Assembly (NCBI RefSeq): GCF_002105155.1
Contig: NW_019029012.1
Location: 434,001-472,804, forward strand
DNA from: Lobosporangium transversale
Taxonomy: Eukaryota
Direction of reading: 5' to 3'
DNA: 38,804 nt
Under the pieces are notes generated by a model that made no database searches, had not been told where the DNA came from, and saw nothing but the letters and a program-made list of their open reading frames with translations. A program made the translations under genes and the position numbers. This document shows positions 11,275 to 25,018 of the stretch, piece after piece; position 1 is the first letter of the stretch, and every line of letters begins with the position of its first letter.

Positions 11275-14200
11275 GCGATTGAGATAGAAAGTGCCTCCTT
11301 TTCGCTTGAATGGTTTGTGCACGGATAAAGTGCGTAAAGACATTGTTACAGTTTGAATGCACACATGCCAACGAACGACGTTCGCTTCCTTTCTCATTCT
11401 TTTTTTAAACTGTGTCACAAAATCACCGTTGTCTTCTCTATCTAGAGGAAATCAGTACATGAACATGCACACACATAATGTTAACATTTATTAATGTTTT
11501 TTAAAGAGAGAGAGAGAGAGAGAGCCTTTTCTTTTTGAGAGAAACGACAAAGACTAACAGAAGTAGGCATTGTTGAGCATTGCTCTATGCTAGTTGCCTA
11601 TACCAGTGGCATGAGAAAGTCAAGATGCTCAAGAATAAAAGGTATACATGTATATTATATTTGAGCCATGCATGTACACAGTAAGGCTGCCCCCGGAAAA
11701 CCAAGAGTGTTTATTGAAAAGAAGAAAAAAATCAGGTTCCCTTGTTTTCAAATGTCTGTTTATTCTTTATTCTGATGCTGCATATCAATACAATATAAAT
11801 ATAATATAAAAAAAAAAAAAAAAAAAAACAACAACAACTATTTTCTGTCTGTCTCCTAACAGAGGAGCGCCCATCTACTGATCATCCCAAAGTCAATGGA
11901 ATATCTTTCCCCTTTCATGATAGATTGAACTAATCTCTTGTCGTTCCCAAGATGCTGTACTTGTCTTCCTGCAGCATTACATATTGAACTGATGAATCTC
12001 GGAGGAAGATAGCCATTTATACCAGTCGAGTTCTACTTTTATGTGTACCAAATTGGGTGTAAAAATAAACAGCGCGGGAACTCATTGGATTTTGTCATCT
12101 ATAATGTTTATTTCGAATAAAGAGATTTTCAATGTCCATCGAGACGATAACACTTTGAAGCTTGGGACACAAAGGGGAGCCCTGTTCGTCTTTTTTTTTT
12201 TTTTTTTTTTTTTTTTTGTTTGGCTCTCGGAAACGATTAAACTTTTAAGACCTCTTTTATTTTTTAAGTATCAGTTTCCTTCTTTTTCTCTGTACCCAAA
12301 ATGTTACCCAAGAACTAATGCATTGTCGTACCGTACCTGTGCACTCTACCAGGCTCGCACACTTTTCTGGACGAAAACTACCAATGCTGTTCCTAGAGGG
12401 ATGTACTCAATAGAGTTTTACGTTTTTTTTTTTTTTTTTTTTTTTTTTTTTCTTTTTAACAAGCAAGTATAAATGTATATTTGTAGACCTTTAATTTGAT
12501 TTCTTTTTTTTTTTTTTTTCTTTTTCTACCATTCAAGTAAAGCAAAATAAGTGAGGAGGCACACGTGTGAATATGGGAGAGAAGTGATTGCGTGCTCGGA
12601 TGTGGTTATTATATCCAATGCAATGTCTTTTCTTGTCAAACTATGGCAACCCGCCTGGTCTGTCAAAGAGAAAAGAGAAAGAGAAATGAAGGGTGAGCGT
12701 GAAGAAAGTACAAGGGAGTATGAGATTTCAGGGGTGCATATCTGATGTTCTTTTCAGCCCATTAATCTTGAAGCTCAATCATCAGTCGTTGACGATAATG
12801 GGGTGTTCTTGTCCAATTATAAGGCAGTGACATGCGAATGTTAGTCAGTGCCTGAATGTTCTTTGTTTACTGCTGTAACTCTTTTACCAATGACCACTGG
12901 GTTCGTTCGCGGAGCGAAAAGAGCAAAGTAAAACTGAAAGGCGAAGGGGGAGAGAAGAGAGAGAGAGAGACATGTATGTATGCACTGAAGGGACTTGATC
13001 GAGAAGAAAAAGGTCGTACAAAGTTCAATACAAATCCGACCAGTTATTATTCTATTCGCACTTATTTTTTTTCCCTTCACTTCACATTCAGTCCAATGCC
13101 TTGCCACATTTGCATTAACACATTTTTTTTTCTTTTTGTTGTTGCTCACTCATCCATTCCAAAACAGAGAGCACAAGCTTCGATTGTCGATTGGACGGCA
13201 TTTATTGCATGCAGTTTGATGTGCAGACATGGAAAAAGAAATTGAAAATAAAAGCTTGAGAGACAAAGGTGGCATGACCAGAAACAAAAAAAAAGAAAAA
13301 AAGAAAAAAAAAGTATGATACGTAATGACGATTGGAACAGGAGCAGGAATTTGTCGCGAGTTTTTTATATTATTCGCCGGCCCATGCCTATGCACGAGAA
13401 GACCTAAAAAAAAAAAAAAAAAAGCACGGGCATAGTTGAGTAGTGAATATGTTCATGTACGACATTTTTTATTATTTTATGTATGCTATTAAGATGAACA
13501 AACATGGATATTAAGCGTGATGGGCGGCAATTATAAATTATATCGGGGCATTCTGTCGTAGGAGATAGGGGCTGAAATGTTGGTAGTATCTATTAATGAT
13601 AAAACGCGCTTTGGTGATATGTATGTTCTCATATTATATTTAACATTCTATCATCTCTTACTATCTGGATGTATTCAACAAAGAGTTACAGCTGATGGCT
13701 TGATCATCTACCTTTTTATTTCCTGGATGAAATATTATGTGAGATATATATAATTGCAGTGTAGAGCGAATTGAATGAGTGTATTCATTTGAGTATACTC
13801 AATTGGCTGTTCATTTGAATGTGCCTGCATGTTTGTTGTTGAGCATATTTTTGCAGGAATGAAAAAAAATAAAAAATAATAATAATAATAAAAGTGGTGC
13901 AAAAGATGTTGGGTTAGGGAGAATAGAACGGTTGTCGAAAATCTACATGTGCCATAGACCATGCATGGTCCAATGTGCGCCAACCAATGGTCTTGCTTCT
14001 TGATGTTCATTGTTTTTTTTTTTTTTTGCTTCTAAATTTTCTCTCTCAGAAAGATAGAAGGAAGGAAAGGAGGCAAGTAAGGAGAGAAGGCGGTGTGTGT
14101 GTGCGCAAACATGCCATTGCAAAGAAAATACAATGGGATAGGAGGGATCAGGCCAGCAAGGAGAGGAGGGGGGGACACACGCCCCATTCGGAGATGACAG

Positions 14201-14505
14201 ACAAAACATTGAAGGTTCGGTAAAATGTTTATTTGTAATAATATTAAATAATATTAAATTAAATTGAAATAGTTTCTTCCACACTATTGAATCGAGGACG
14301 ACACGTTGGATGAAGGCAAAGGGGCCAAGGTCGGTCTCGCCATATCCTTTTTCTTTTTCTTTATCTTTTTGTTCATCAATGTCACTCTCTATCCTTGTTT
14401 AGTGAGGATCAAAAGCACCGTGAATGTGAGCACGAATTCAAATGTTGTGTGATGTGCTGGGTTTTTTTTTGGTTTATTTATCTGTTACTCAAGGCCAAGG
14501 TCATG

Positions 14506-14508
<3 letters not shown>

Positions 14509-14571
<63 letters not shown>
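14509..14571. repeat. Interrupted (GA)n microsatellite
   Basis: Seen directly. Shorter GA runs also occur near 11505 and 12957. Confidence 0.95.
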
Positions 14572-14576
<5 letters not shown>

Positions 14577-15321
14577 TGATTCGCTCAATGTTTTCATTTA
14601 TGTGGATGTGGGTGTGGGTGTGGATGTGGATATGGATGCAGATGCGGATGAATGAGAGTGAGTAAGAGATTAGTTTTAGTTTAGTTTTAGTTCTTTTTCC
14701 CATCATCAGACTCTTCTTTATTCTTTCATGATAAAAGATGTCTGTCTATCCAATGCGATTATACATGATTATATATACATTAGGATTGGATGTGATATGC
14801 AATGCGATAAATACAAGTAAACATTTAATAAAGACATTTCATTCATTCATGCACACGATGGTTTGAGCATGTTATTGCCCTCCATGCCTCCATGCTCGCT
14901 TGCCTTGCTTTGCTTTTGTTGCTTGTTTACTTGTTTTGCTCTTCTTCTACAACCTTGGACACTTTCAACGCCATCTTAATTCACTTTGTAATATTTTATT
15001 TTACCTTATTTTAGTTTAGTTGTTTGCTTTTTAGAACTGGTTACTTTCTTTTTTCTTCTTCTCTTCTTTCTTCCTCTTCCCTTCTTCCTTTTCTTCCTTT
15101 CTTCCTTCTTTGTTTCTTCCCCTCCATCCTTCCTCTATTCTTGTTCTCCATCCTCCTCTTCCTTCCTCTATTCCTTCTCTTATTCATCTTCTCATTTGCT
15201 CCATCTACTGCCATTTCCTTTGAAGGTGTGCTTCTGCTCATTCATTCTCTTTCTCCATTTCACACCCTTTTTTTTTTTTTTTTTTTTTTTTAAACATTCA
15301 AAGACTGGTTGCTTGCTTACT

Positions 15322-15373
15322 TGATTGATTTGATTTGATATGATTTGATATGATTTGATTTGATATGATTGAT
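15322..15373. repeat. Degenerate pentamer repeat (TGATT/TGATA)n
   Basis: Seen directly, upstream of the NDT80-like gene. Confidence 0.8.
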
Positions 15374-15811
15374 ATCCTCGTTATCTTTCTCTCGGTGCAT
15401 GGTGTCAATCCTCTTCACTCCCGTTGCTTCTTGTTGACGCTGTCTCTTTCCCGCAGACAAGCAAACAAGCAATAAACTAAAATAAAGTAAAAAAGGGGAT
15501 TGACTTTCAAGGGAACATTTCAATTACCTTTTTTTCATCATTTATCAGCAAGAAAGCATTCACATCCACACTTGATCATATCATCAACATTATGCCTATC
15601 ATAATCCATCATTCCGTCTCTCTCCTTCCCCTATTCTTCTCTACCAGATAAAATCACACATTCACACTTTCAGCGTCTTGTTTCTCTTACTGTCCTTGCT
15701 TCTGTTCCTGTACTTTGATCGGTCTCCTTCTCCTCCTCTTTTTTTTTCTTTTTCTTTTTCTTTTAGCGCCCTTGACTTTCCAGTGCTCATCCATATTCTC
15801 CCGGTCCTCTC

Positions 15812-15848
<37 letters not shown>

Positions 15849-15996
15849 ACTCCCGTTCTTCTATTCCCCCCCTTACTTTTTATTTATTTTTTTCTTTTTA
15901 TTGACGCCTTTTCTTCTCTTTTTCTTTTTCATTCTCTACATCATAGCAGGGCAAGATAAGAAACAACCCTATAAAAGCAAAAACGGAAAAAAGAAA

Positions 15997-16945
15997 ATGA
16001 CTACCGCTACTTCGCCCCCAGTAAACCTGGCTGAGCACTCCAGAGACCGTTCTGCATCCAATGCGTCAAAACATGCAGACTACCCGGATAGGACCGAACC
16101 ACGGTCGGGAATGACCATGGACTATACCATCAACGCCAGCGGTACGCGTCATCAACAACCATTACAACACTACAACGAGCACGGAAGCGGCTATTCTGAG
16201 TATCATGATCAGCAACAACAACAACAGCAACAGCATAATGACAACACCAGCAACGGTAATGGCCATAATAACCATTACTCCACTCTCCCAGTATCCTCAC
16301 AATCTCATTACCCACACGTATCCACTTCCAATGGGCCTTACCTTCCCCCGCCTATCCAGACCGCACCATTCGGTAATGGTCCTCAAGCCAATGGACTTCA
16401 CTCTCATTCTCAGACCCCTATAGTGTCGCCTTCACCACTCTCCTCTGGTAACAATGCCCATGCTTACCAACAACAACAGGGGCACTACGACTATGATCAG
16501 TACCATGCCCAACCCTATCATGCACAACATGCATCATACCCACAGGATCATCATCCACATCTGTAAGTATCAAACAGTTGGACAAAAAATTATTTTCTCT
16601 CTCTCTCCCCAGAGGGTGGCGACACAAAAAAATTGAATTTGAGAGTGCTGTGCTTCTTATGCTGATGGTAATTGTGTCCCTGTGGCCAAAGCAGGCGTGG
16701 TACAAGATGTGATGTGACAACAGGCACACAGACACTAGGCGATTCTTGTGAAACTGGCCAGGATTATGTTGCACCGCCACATTATGATCGCTTACTTCTT
16801 TTCCAGGAGTGAATGCAGATGGGAGGTGTAGTATCATCTTTAAAAGTGAAATAGATCGCGGTAAAAAAAAAAAAAAAAAAAAAAAAAACCTGCCTGATGC
16901 GGTAAAGATGTGGAATTCTGACCGAAGAAAGAATCCTTTCCGTCG

Positions 16946-16976
<31 letters not shown>

Positions 16977-19257
16977 CCCATTGGGTATGGTTTCTTTATG
17001 GTAGATGAATATATTCCAAAAAAAAAAAAAAAAAAAACCTGTATTTCGTGTATTGAGAAAAGCTCTACCGAGAATGGGAATGCCCCTGCCTAGGCTGCTC
17101 AATCCATGTGAGCAGCAAGATTGATGATGTTGCCCATAATGTCAGCAATAATGCTTCTAGTTCAAATTCAACACTCGGCAATGGGTCGTCCTCTACCTCG
17201 TTAACACACTATTCGAGGTTATCAAAGGTGGATGATTTTATTTTAATTTTTTTCAAACAGTTGTTTCAGGTATTTTAGTGGATTGTTCAGAGTTTGCAAC
17301 TTCAGATGAGCTAGCCACTCTATCAACATAGAAGGAGAGGGGCGGAGTGGAAGGAATGCCAAATGTGAGGAACAAAAAGTGCTGAAACTCTTGTCCTTGT
17401 ACAGCATCAACAATGTGAAGAAGATATGACGTCGTCACGATGAGTGCTTCAGATTTTGGGCAGTCGTGCGTACAGAGAAATCCCCTTCCTTTCCTGCCAG
17501 TTGTAACTTACTCATTTCTCATTACTAATTTCCTAATAGGAACCACCCATACAACAATCATCATGGCAATCCCGACGATCTGCCCGAGAGTCCAATCGTA
17601 GGTCCTGATGGCATGCCCATCAATGGACGGGACCCCAGTACAGCCTATTCTACCTCAGCTCCTTCTCCAACATCGGCACAAGCAATGTTTGCAAACCGCA
17701 CAAAACGTCGATCTGAAGTATTCGCTCCTCACGAAAGTCCTTATTTTTATCCAGCCCAACAGCACTACAACCTTTGCAGCATGGATCGGTCCACAAGGTA
17801 CGAACTCCAACTGACATCGATGCTAACGAGCTTACCTCCTTTCTTCCTTTTGTTTTTGATTATCCATCCATGTAACTCATAACCTTTATTTTATTGTCGA
17901 TCACCTGTTCATATTCAGCTACAACATCAAGATTGCAGCCAAGATTGATCGCGGATTCTTTTTGGCGGCAAATGATTGGACATGTTACCGTCGCAACTAT
18001 TTCCAGATCAGTGCCTCCTTCTCCATCCATGGTCTTGACACCTCTATGCATCCAGAAGTCCCATGTCTAATGGACCGCAACGGCGAATTCGTTCAAGTCA
18101 ACAAATTCTTGATTTGTATTGGCGCGCAGATTCAAAATGGAGAAAAGGCAATTGAGCTAGTTCAGCATACCCCCAAGCGTGACAAAGGCCCACAGATTAC
18201 GCCTAGGCCGACACCTCTTAGAGCTGGAGGCGATCTGAGCATGTACTCTTCAGGATCAAATCCTAATGTAGTTACATTCGAACGTGTGCAGTTCAAAACG
18301 GCTACAGCAAACAACGGTAAGAGAAGAGCAGCCCAGCAATACTACCAGGTCCATGTGGATCTGTTTGCAGAGACCAGTATGGGTGAAATGGTTCTGGTCG
18401 CGAGATCCTTCTCTGCTCCTTTGGTTGTTCGTGGCCGATCTCCTGGTCATTACGCAGACAACGAAGAGAATGCCGGATCCGCTACGCAGCCCGTCGATGA
18501 TAGATATTACAGGAACGATAGCATCAGCAGCAATGGAGGAACTGCTCCATCAGTGAATGGCGACTATCCTTATTACCCCAACTATGGATACGGATCGTCA
18601 TATCAGTATCAGTCTCTCGGGTCAGCCTCTCATATTGCTTCACAGTCCGATCCCAATTATTATGAGCGTCATGGCTCAGAATCGTCATATCCAACCAGCC
18701 CACTGTCACCGCAGGCGAGGCACCCAGGGTCATATATGACCCCACAAATCCATCACGGCTTCTCACCTGCTTCGGTTTCGCCAGATATGTACAGCCCTCC
18801 TAGTTTCATCGGCGCAGGCCCAGAAAGTCCGATCAATCGTCTTCCTCACGACGGGCACTATACCTATGGATCCTCACCATACTCACAATATCCTCAGCAA
18901 CAGCAACAACAAGAGGATGCTCAGGGACAATACCCTGCACAATATGAACCAGAAGATCATGAGGCGCAGATGGCCGGATTGAGAATTCACTCACCTGTGA
19001 GCCCTGGTAGTCCAGTGCAAGCATCTGCTCGTCGCCAGTCATTTAGCTCGTCTTTATCATCCAAAAAGGTTGACCGAAATGTTGTCGGCCCTGCTCGCAA
19101 ACCCCGTTCGATCTCAATGTCTGGTATCAGCAAGCGTGCACCAAGTAAAACACGTCCATCATCATCCAGAACTGTTCCTGTGAGTCCCACTAAGGAGTCT
19201 ATGAAAGGTCTTGGGATCTCAACCGATCGTATTTTGGAAGAAGAACACCAGTCATGA
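15997..19257 (+). CDS. NDT80: NDT80/PhoG-like DNA-binding transcription factor; exons 15997..16562, 17540..17797, 17919..19257
   Basis: 'KIDRGFFLAANDWTCYRRNYFQ', 'LVQHTPKRDKGPQ', 'FERVQFKTATANNGKRRAAQQYY' and 'PLVVRGRSPGHY' are hallmark Ndt80-domain motifs. Two phase-2 introns (16563..17539, 17798..17918) join a His/Gln-rich N-terminus in frame. Orthology within the family (NDT80 versus xprG/vib-1 type) cannot be resolved here. Confidence 0.88.
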
Positions 19258-19639
19258 TTAGCACATCAAGAAGGCTTTAAAGCTTTTGTATTTTTTTTTT
19301 TTTTATCATCTTGATACATTTTTTCGCTGCATCTTTTCCTAGTTCTCCCCTTCATTTTCTTATTGTTCTCCACTATTCCCTCCGCCACATGTCTACTCTA
19401 TTTTTTTTTTTTTCTTGTTTGTCATCACTATTTACTATATGCAGCATGCCTTCTTCCTTTCTGTCTTTCATTGACAGGCTATTTAACCAATGCCTAGTTT
19501 TCAGCAATTTGGATAAAAGTAAACGCGCAGGTCCGCGTAATACCAGTAAAAAATGCTTACACAAAATTAGTGACAACGTTTTCACATAAGCTTTTCTCAA
19601 ATCACAAAAAGTTTTTTTAAATATGACCCTGCTTCATCA

Positions 19640-21565
19640 ATGCAGTATCATCCCGTCATTTGCCAGCATGCAGTCTGGGGAAGCAAACAGCAGCGCTTCC
19701 GTCATTGCAAATTACCAGCGAAGCTTTCACCTCTTCTGTTGGAACAGATTCAGCAACTTGAGGAACGATGTTTTGTGAATGGATCTGAAATCTCATCGCA
19801 TGGTAGCGGAACAGTTCAGATCACAGAGAAGGAGCTCCAAAACCAATTGGAAGGTTATCTCGACTTGCGGAGCAAGCTCCTACAGCCCTTGTATGATGCC
19901 CAGCAAATTCTGTGTGGACATCATCAGAAAGAGTTTCTCCGAGAACAGGCGGCGCAAGAGCTTATACAGAAGGAAAAGGCTGCTGGTATCTACCAGGATC
20001 CTGAAACCAAACGACTGAGCAAAGATCTACCCATCGATCCAAAAGATATCCCAAGCGATTTCCTTAGAGCTATTGAAAGAGTCTTTTCCAAAGCACCTTC
20101 ATTGATCATTCAACAAGTGTTGGATCACTGGGATGGACCAGATGAGTGGAAACTGGGTCGGGGAGGGACAAAAACGAGCTATTGTAATAGTACTATTGAT
20201 GATGGTGATCAAGATCCCGTTGGCGAGGAGAAAAAGCTACGAGTAGAAGAGTTTCCATGCCATGAGTCTTTCGAGGCTCTTTTTGCGGATGCTGGGACAA
20301 AAAAAAAAAGGCATCTGGCTCAAGAGTCCCAACTTATTCAGGCCATGATTTCACACGGCCTTTTAGATTGCGTTTCAAGTCCATTACATGAAGGTAGTGG
20401 TGACGCTAGCGATAAGAATAACCACTATGGCCGCACAGCAGGCAGTAACAAAGATAGCCATCAGACAGGGTCAAAACGGAGACCCGTATTTGTAGAATTT
20501 GGAGCAGGAACTGGAGGATTATCCAGACACCTCCAGTTAGTGTTGGAAAGCATTGTCTCAAAACGTATCTCAGGACCTTTAAATACATCAACCACACCAG
20601 AACCAGTAGGGCCAGTAGCAGCAACCTTGCAGACAAAGTTAAATCACACTAGTTTGGCGAATAGCGTCTATGAACCATATAATTTTGTGCTCCTTGACCG
20701 CCAAAAGTTCCGTTCGAGAAATCAGGTTGATTACATGATTCGCACACAAGCTAGACCTGTTAAGCCTCGGCTGTTACGGATCACTAAGGATGTGCGAGAG
20801 CTTAAGCTCAAAAATTTACAGCTCATCCACGAGGTCGAACCTGGTGTGGCATGGCGCGAGTGGACAGAAGGTGGAGGAGAAGTGGATCCACAAGATCAGT
20901 CAACTTTGATCCCCACCCAGTATATCTGTATTTCAAAGCACTTTTGTGGGTCGGCAACAGATCTTGCTCTATCGTGGATACGAGAGCAAAGGCAGCAACA
21001 ACAACAACAGGGAGAGATGCAATCCAGATCCAAAAGTTTAGACAGCTACTCAATCTGCTTTGCCACATGCTGCCATGGTATTTGCGAACCTTCACTTGTA
21101 GCTAGACCTTACTTAAAGGAGCTTCTGAGTGTAGCAAGCATTAAGAAAAGGAAACGAGTAGAGAATGATCAAAGGAGGGACGATAATCCAGTTTGGCATG
21201 GGAAACAACAGATGCAAAATCAACAGGAAGATGAAAAATATGACATTTCAGATGACCAACTAGGAGTATGGATCCCATGGATAATTAAATTAACAGGATG
21301 GGCGACATTGGGCAAACAAGAAGAAAGTACACTTGTCGCAAGGCCTGGTAAGGATGCCTCAGGGCCAGGAATTTGGATTAACAAAGATGACGAAGCGACG
21401 ACATTTACAAGAGACCAGAGACGCGTACTAGGAAAGCGATGCAAGAAGCTGCTAGATATGGCGCGATGCTTGTATTTAATTCGAGAATGTGGCTTCAAGA
21501 ATGCCGTGGCAATTGAGTACACGGAAGAAAGCGTCGAAAGTGGAGCTATTGTTGGATCCATGTAA
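19640..21565 (+). CDS. TRM13: tRNA:m(4)X 2'-O-methyltransferase Trm13-like, 641 aa, no intron evident
   Basis: N-terminal Cys/His finger-like segment, 'H..QESQLI', SAM motif 'FVEFGAGTGGLS', 'FVLLDR', 'ISKHFCGSATDLAL', 'ATCCHG' and 'RRVLGKRCKKLLDMAR'. Confidence 0.85.
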   Translation: MQYHPVICQHAVWGSKQQRFRHCKLPAKLSPLLLEQIQQLEERCFVNGSEISSHGSGTVQITEKELQNQLEGYLDLRSKLLQPLYDAQQILCGHHQKEFLREQAAQELIQKEKAAGIYQDPETKRLSKDLPIDPKDIPSDFLRAIERVFSKAPSLIIQQVLDHWDGPDEWKLGRGGTKTSYCNSTIDDGDQDPVGEEKKLRVEEFPCHESFEALFADAGTKKKRHLAQESQLIQAMISHGLLDCVSSPLHEGSGDASDKNNHYGRTAGSNKDSHQTGSKRRPVFVEFGAGTGGLSRHLQLVLESIVSKRISGPLNTSTTPEPVGPVAATLQTKLNHTSLANSVYEPYNFVLLDRQKFRSRNQVDYMIRTQARPVKPRLLRITKDVRELKLKNLQLIHEVEPGVAWREWTEGGGEVDPQDQSTLIPTQYICISKHFCGSATDLALSWIREQRQQQQQQGEMQSRSKSLDSYSICFATCCHGICEPSLVARPYLKELLSVASIKKRKRVENDQRRDDNPVWHGKQQMQNQQEDEKYDISDDQLGVWIPWIIKLTGWATLGKQEESTLVARPGKDASGPGIWINKDDEATTFTRDQRRVLGKRCKKLLDMARCLYLIRECGFKNAVAIEYTEESVESGAIVGSM

Positions 21566-22021
21566 ATATCAGACATATAAATACATCAAATTAGAATAAT
21601 ACATTAATTTATGATTGTTGTTTTTAAAAGTAACTACGCTCGTGTTACTGGAATCAAAGTATTTTATACTTGATTGAAAAAGTCAAGAGCTTCTAGCAAT
21701 AACAAGTTACTTTATCGCTAAAACCCTTCCCTCTTCCTATGTATTTTTTCAATGCGAAGCCTAATAGTTTTGTCATATAGGGTGTATAACACATGAATGC
21801 GATTACTGACCCCTGGTCTTTGATTTTAAGCGTTGAGGGGATTCGGGATAAACAGAAATGCCACAGTCGTAGATTACGTACACAGATCAATCACGTACAA
21901 ACGTCGTGTCGTGAATGAAATTGTTTTATTTACTTTCATGTCGGGGACATGATAAGATTCAGATTCGCATCCTCTCTTCTCTCCACTCTTCATTTTTCTC
22001 CTTTCTTCCATCCCATCCAAC

Positions 22022-24639
22022 ATGTTCCGCACCATCCGATCAGCCTCGGCAATGGCCAAGGCCTTGGTAAGACACGCGCACACACGCCTTGTCTCTTCGC
22101 TTATTCCATATATAAATCATCACTGTTTATCAAGTTTGGGGGAGTAACAAAAGTGACCTGAAAATATTTTTTATGGGGAAGGCATTAAGACGCCTTGCAT
22201 GGACCTGGATCATCACCCATTCAACTTTGGATGACTCGCCTACGACATTAATGTGCCTTTTCATGTCACTCAGTTGATCTGTAGCACTGTCCGAGTTTCG
22301 CTAGAACTCCATCCTGCTTCTCACGTTCTTAATCGGCAGAAGGATATACGATATACCCGCTCTGATGAGATCACAATGTTTATAAAATCCCAACAAAGAT
22401 GTTAAGCAACCATAGTATCTTCTCAATAGCGGCTAGGCACTTAACGATATTCTCGCTTGGTGCTGGAAGAACCCTCATCCTTAGCATATTACGTTGTGTA
22501 GGCAGGCGATCAGTCAATCAATTCATTCTTATACATTTCCACTTTTTCCTCTATTTTGTTATATCTGCCTGCGATCTATTCCCACAATCATTTTTAATTA
22601 TCCCCGTCTCCGTCTCCCGTTCGCTTGCCTCCTTGGAAACAAGGTTTGCTTTATATTTACTAATGGCTCTTTCTTTTTTCGGAATTGCATTACAGCCCCG
22701 CGTTAACCCTGCTGTTCAACAGCAGAAGCGCTTCTTGTCCATCCACGAGTACATGTCTATGGAACTTCTCCAGAAGCAGGGGATCAAGACTCCCCGCGGT
22801 GGTGTTGCTAAGTCAGGCGCTGAGGCCTATAAGGTTGCTGAGAGCCTCGGTAAGCATTTATGTTTTCATATGATGCTTATAACTAATTTTAGTTTCCCCA
22901 TGGTGTTGGATTGGGCATAGGAAGACAATATTTTAATTGCTACATGTGACGCAGATCCTTGCAAATGTGTGTACAGATTGTGTAGGACAAAACGACATTT
23001 CTGGTGTTCAACTGATAAAAAGGACTGGAATGGATTAATTCTGAATGGGAGTGTGGTTAATTATCGAAATCAGGCTTTCCAAGAAGCTTTTGCGATCAGG
23101 AGAAGGCATGCAACATGCAGAAATTGACTGGCCTAGCAACTGTGGGAAACAATGTCAAATAGTTTTTGGTGGATAGAAAAGATGGAACGCATCAAGGAGG
23201 ATTAAGATCAAATGCAGGCGGCTTTCAGATTCTAACAAGCGACTATGGGTCGTCTTATTAATAGGAACTGAGGACATGGTTATCAAGGCTCAAGTTTTGG
23301 CTGGTGGTCGTGGCAAGGGTACCTTCGACTCTGGCTTGAAGGGAGGTGTCCGTACTATCTTCTCGTAAGTTGATCTTATTTGATGATGGACACGCTTCAA
23401 ATGGGAGCTATTCCCGCTTATTTTTTTATTTTTTATTTTTATGTTTGTTTTTTTCTATAAAAAAAAAAAAAAAAAAAGTGCTATTTTTTAACAGTTTGAT
23501 TTGTGCTGTGCTCAATTTAGCCCTACTGAGGCCAAAATGTTCGCTGACCAAATGCTTGGCCACAAGCTTGTTACCAAGCAGACAGGTGCTGCTGGTAAGA
23601 TCTGTAACGCGGTCTATATTTGTGAGCGCAAGTACGTCCGTCGCGAGTACTACTTTGCCGTCTTGATGGACCGCAAGTCTCAGGGTCCCGTCATGGTTGC
23701 CTCATCCCAAGGTGGTGTTGACATTGAGTCTGTCGCTGCTGAGAACCCTGAGGCTATTCTCCAGTTGCCCATTGATATCAACAAGGGCGTTGACCGCGCC
23801 GCCGTCCGTGACCTTGCTGAGCGTATGGGATTCACTCCCAAGTGCGTCGATCAAGCCACCGATACCATGATCAATCTCTACGATCTCTTCATGCAGAAGG
23901 ATGCCACTATGGTTGAGATCAACCCAATGGCCGAGTCCTCTGATCATGAAGGTAACTTTTTTTTTGACTTCCATGGCCTTGTTGTGAAACTTTTGTATGC
24001 TTGATCTAATGTCTGGTTACTTTGTTCGTCTACCTCTTTCTTCCAATAGTCATCTGCATGGATGCCAAGATCAACTTTGATGACAATGCTGAGTTCCGCC
24101 AGAAGGAAGTACACGGCCTTCGAGATGTCACACAGGAGGATCCTCGTGAAGTCGCAGCTGCCAAGTACAACTTGAACTACATTGGATTGGATGGATCCAT
24201 TGGATGCCTCGTCAACGGAGCTGGTTTGGCCATGTCGACCATGGATATCATCAAGTTGCACGGCGGTGAACCTGCCAACTTCTTGGATGTCGGTGGTGGA
24301 GCTACTGCTGAGCAGGTCACTGAGGCCTTCAAGATTATCTCCTCGGACCCACGTGTGACCACTATCTTTACCAACATTTTCGGAGGTATCATGTCTTGCC
24401 GTGTTATTGCCCAAGGTATTATTGCTGCTGCCTCGACTCTTCAGCTTCAGATCCCTCTTGTAGTCCGACTCCAGGGTACTGAGGTCGATGAGGCCAAGAA
24501 GCTAATTGCTGAGTCTGGTCTTCGTATCATCACTTCAGATGACTTGGATGATGCTGCCAGCAAATCAGTCAAATTGAGCAAGATGGTCAACATGGCTCGT
24601 GAAGCTAAGCTTAATGTTAGCTTCGAGTTGCCTTTGTAA
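22022..24639 (+). CDS. LSC2: Succinate-CoA ligase beta subunit, mitochondrial; exons 22022..22066, 22696..22849, 23265..23364, 23521..23951, 24050..24639
   Basis: Presequence [15 protein letters not shown], then 'RFLSIHEY', '[12 protein letters not shown]', 'VEINPMAE', '[18 protein letters not shown]', '[11 protein letters not shown]' and 'NIFGGIM'. Four GT-AG introns with consistent phases. Confidence 0.95.
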
Positions 24640-25018
24640 AGAAAAAAAGAAAAAGAAAAAAAAAAAAAATAAGAATAACATGGTACATCCTCTCCCCCTT
24701 TTCGCCACTTTGTTTTTTGCTATCCATGTTTAATTCAGTTCGATAAAGTAAGATCAGAAGGATCTAAGATAGGATAAAAGTAATAAATATAAAAAATGAA
24801 AGAATCACTAGTAAAACTGCTTTTCTTCATTAATGGTGCTCATTATTAATTTTCTTGATTATAAGGGCCTACTAGGTCATGTAGGGTTTATTTATTAGTT
24901 TCGCAACCAAATTTACATCAAGAGCCTGATGTGTTTTTGAAAAATGACCATTTTGTTTTCGCCTTCAGAACCTTTTCCATAGTACTGTGACTGATTTTAA
25001 ATAAAGACTTAGACATTC

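Noticed and set aside
10100..15960. Many 60-140 aa ORFs rich in F, K, RE, I or L runs
   Set aside because: Translations of homopolymers and microsatellites in non-coding DNA.
24022..24414. Antisense ORFs over LSC2 (similar ones occur over the pol genes)
   Set aside because: Shadow frames of real coding sequence, with no independent evidence.
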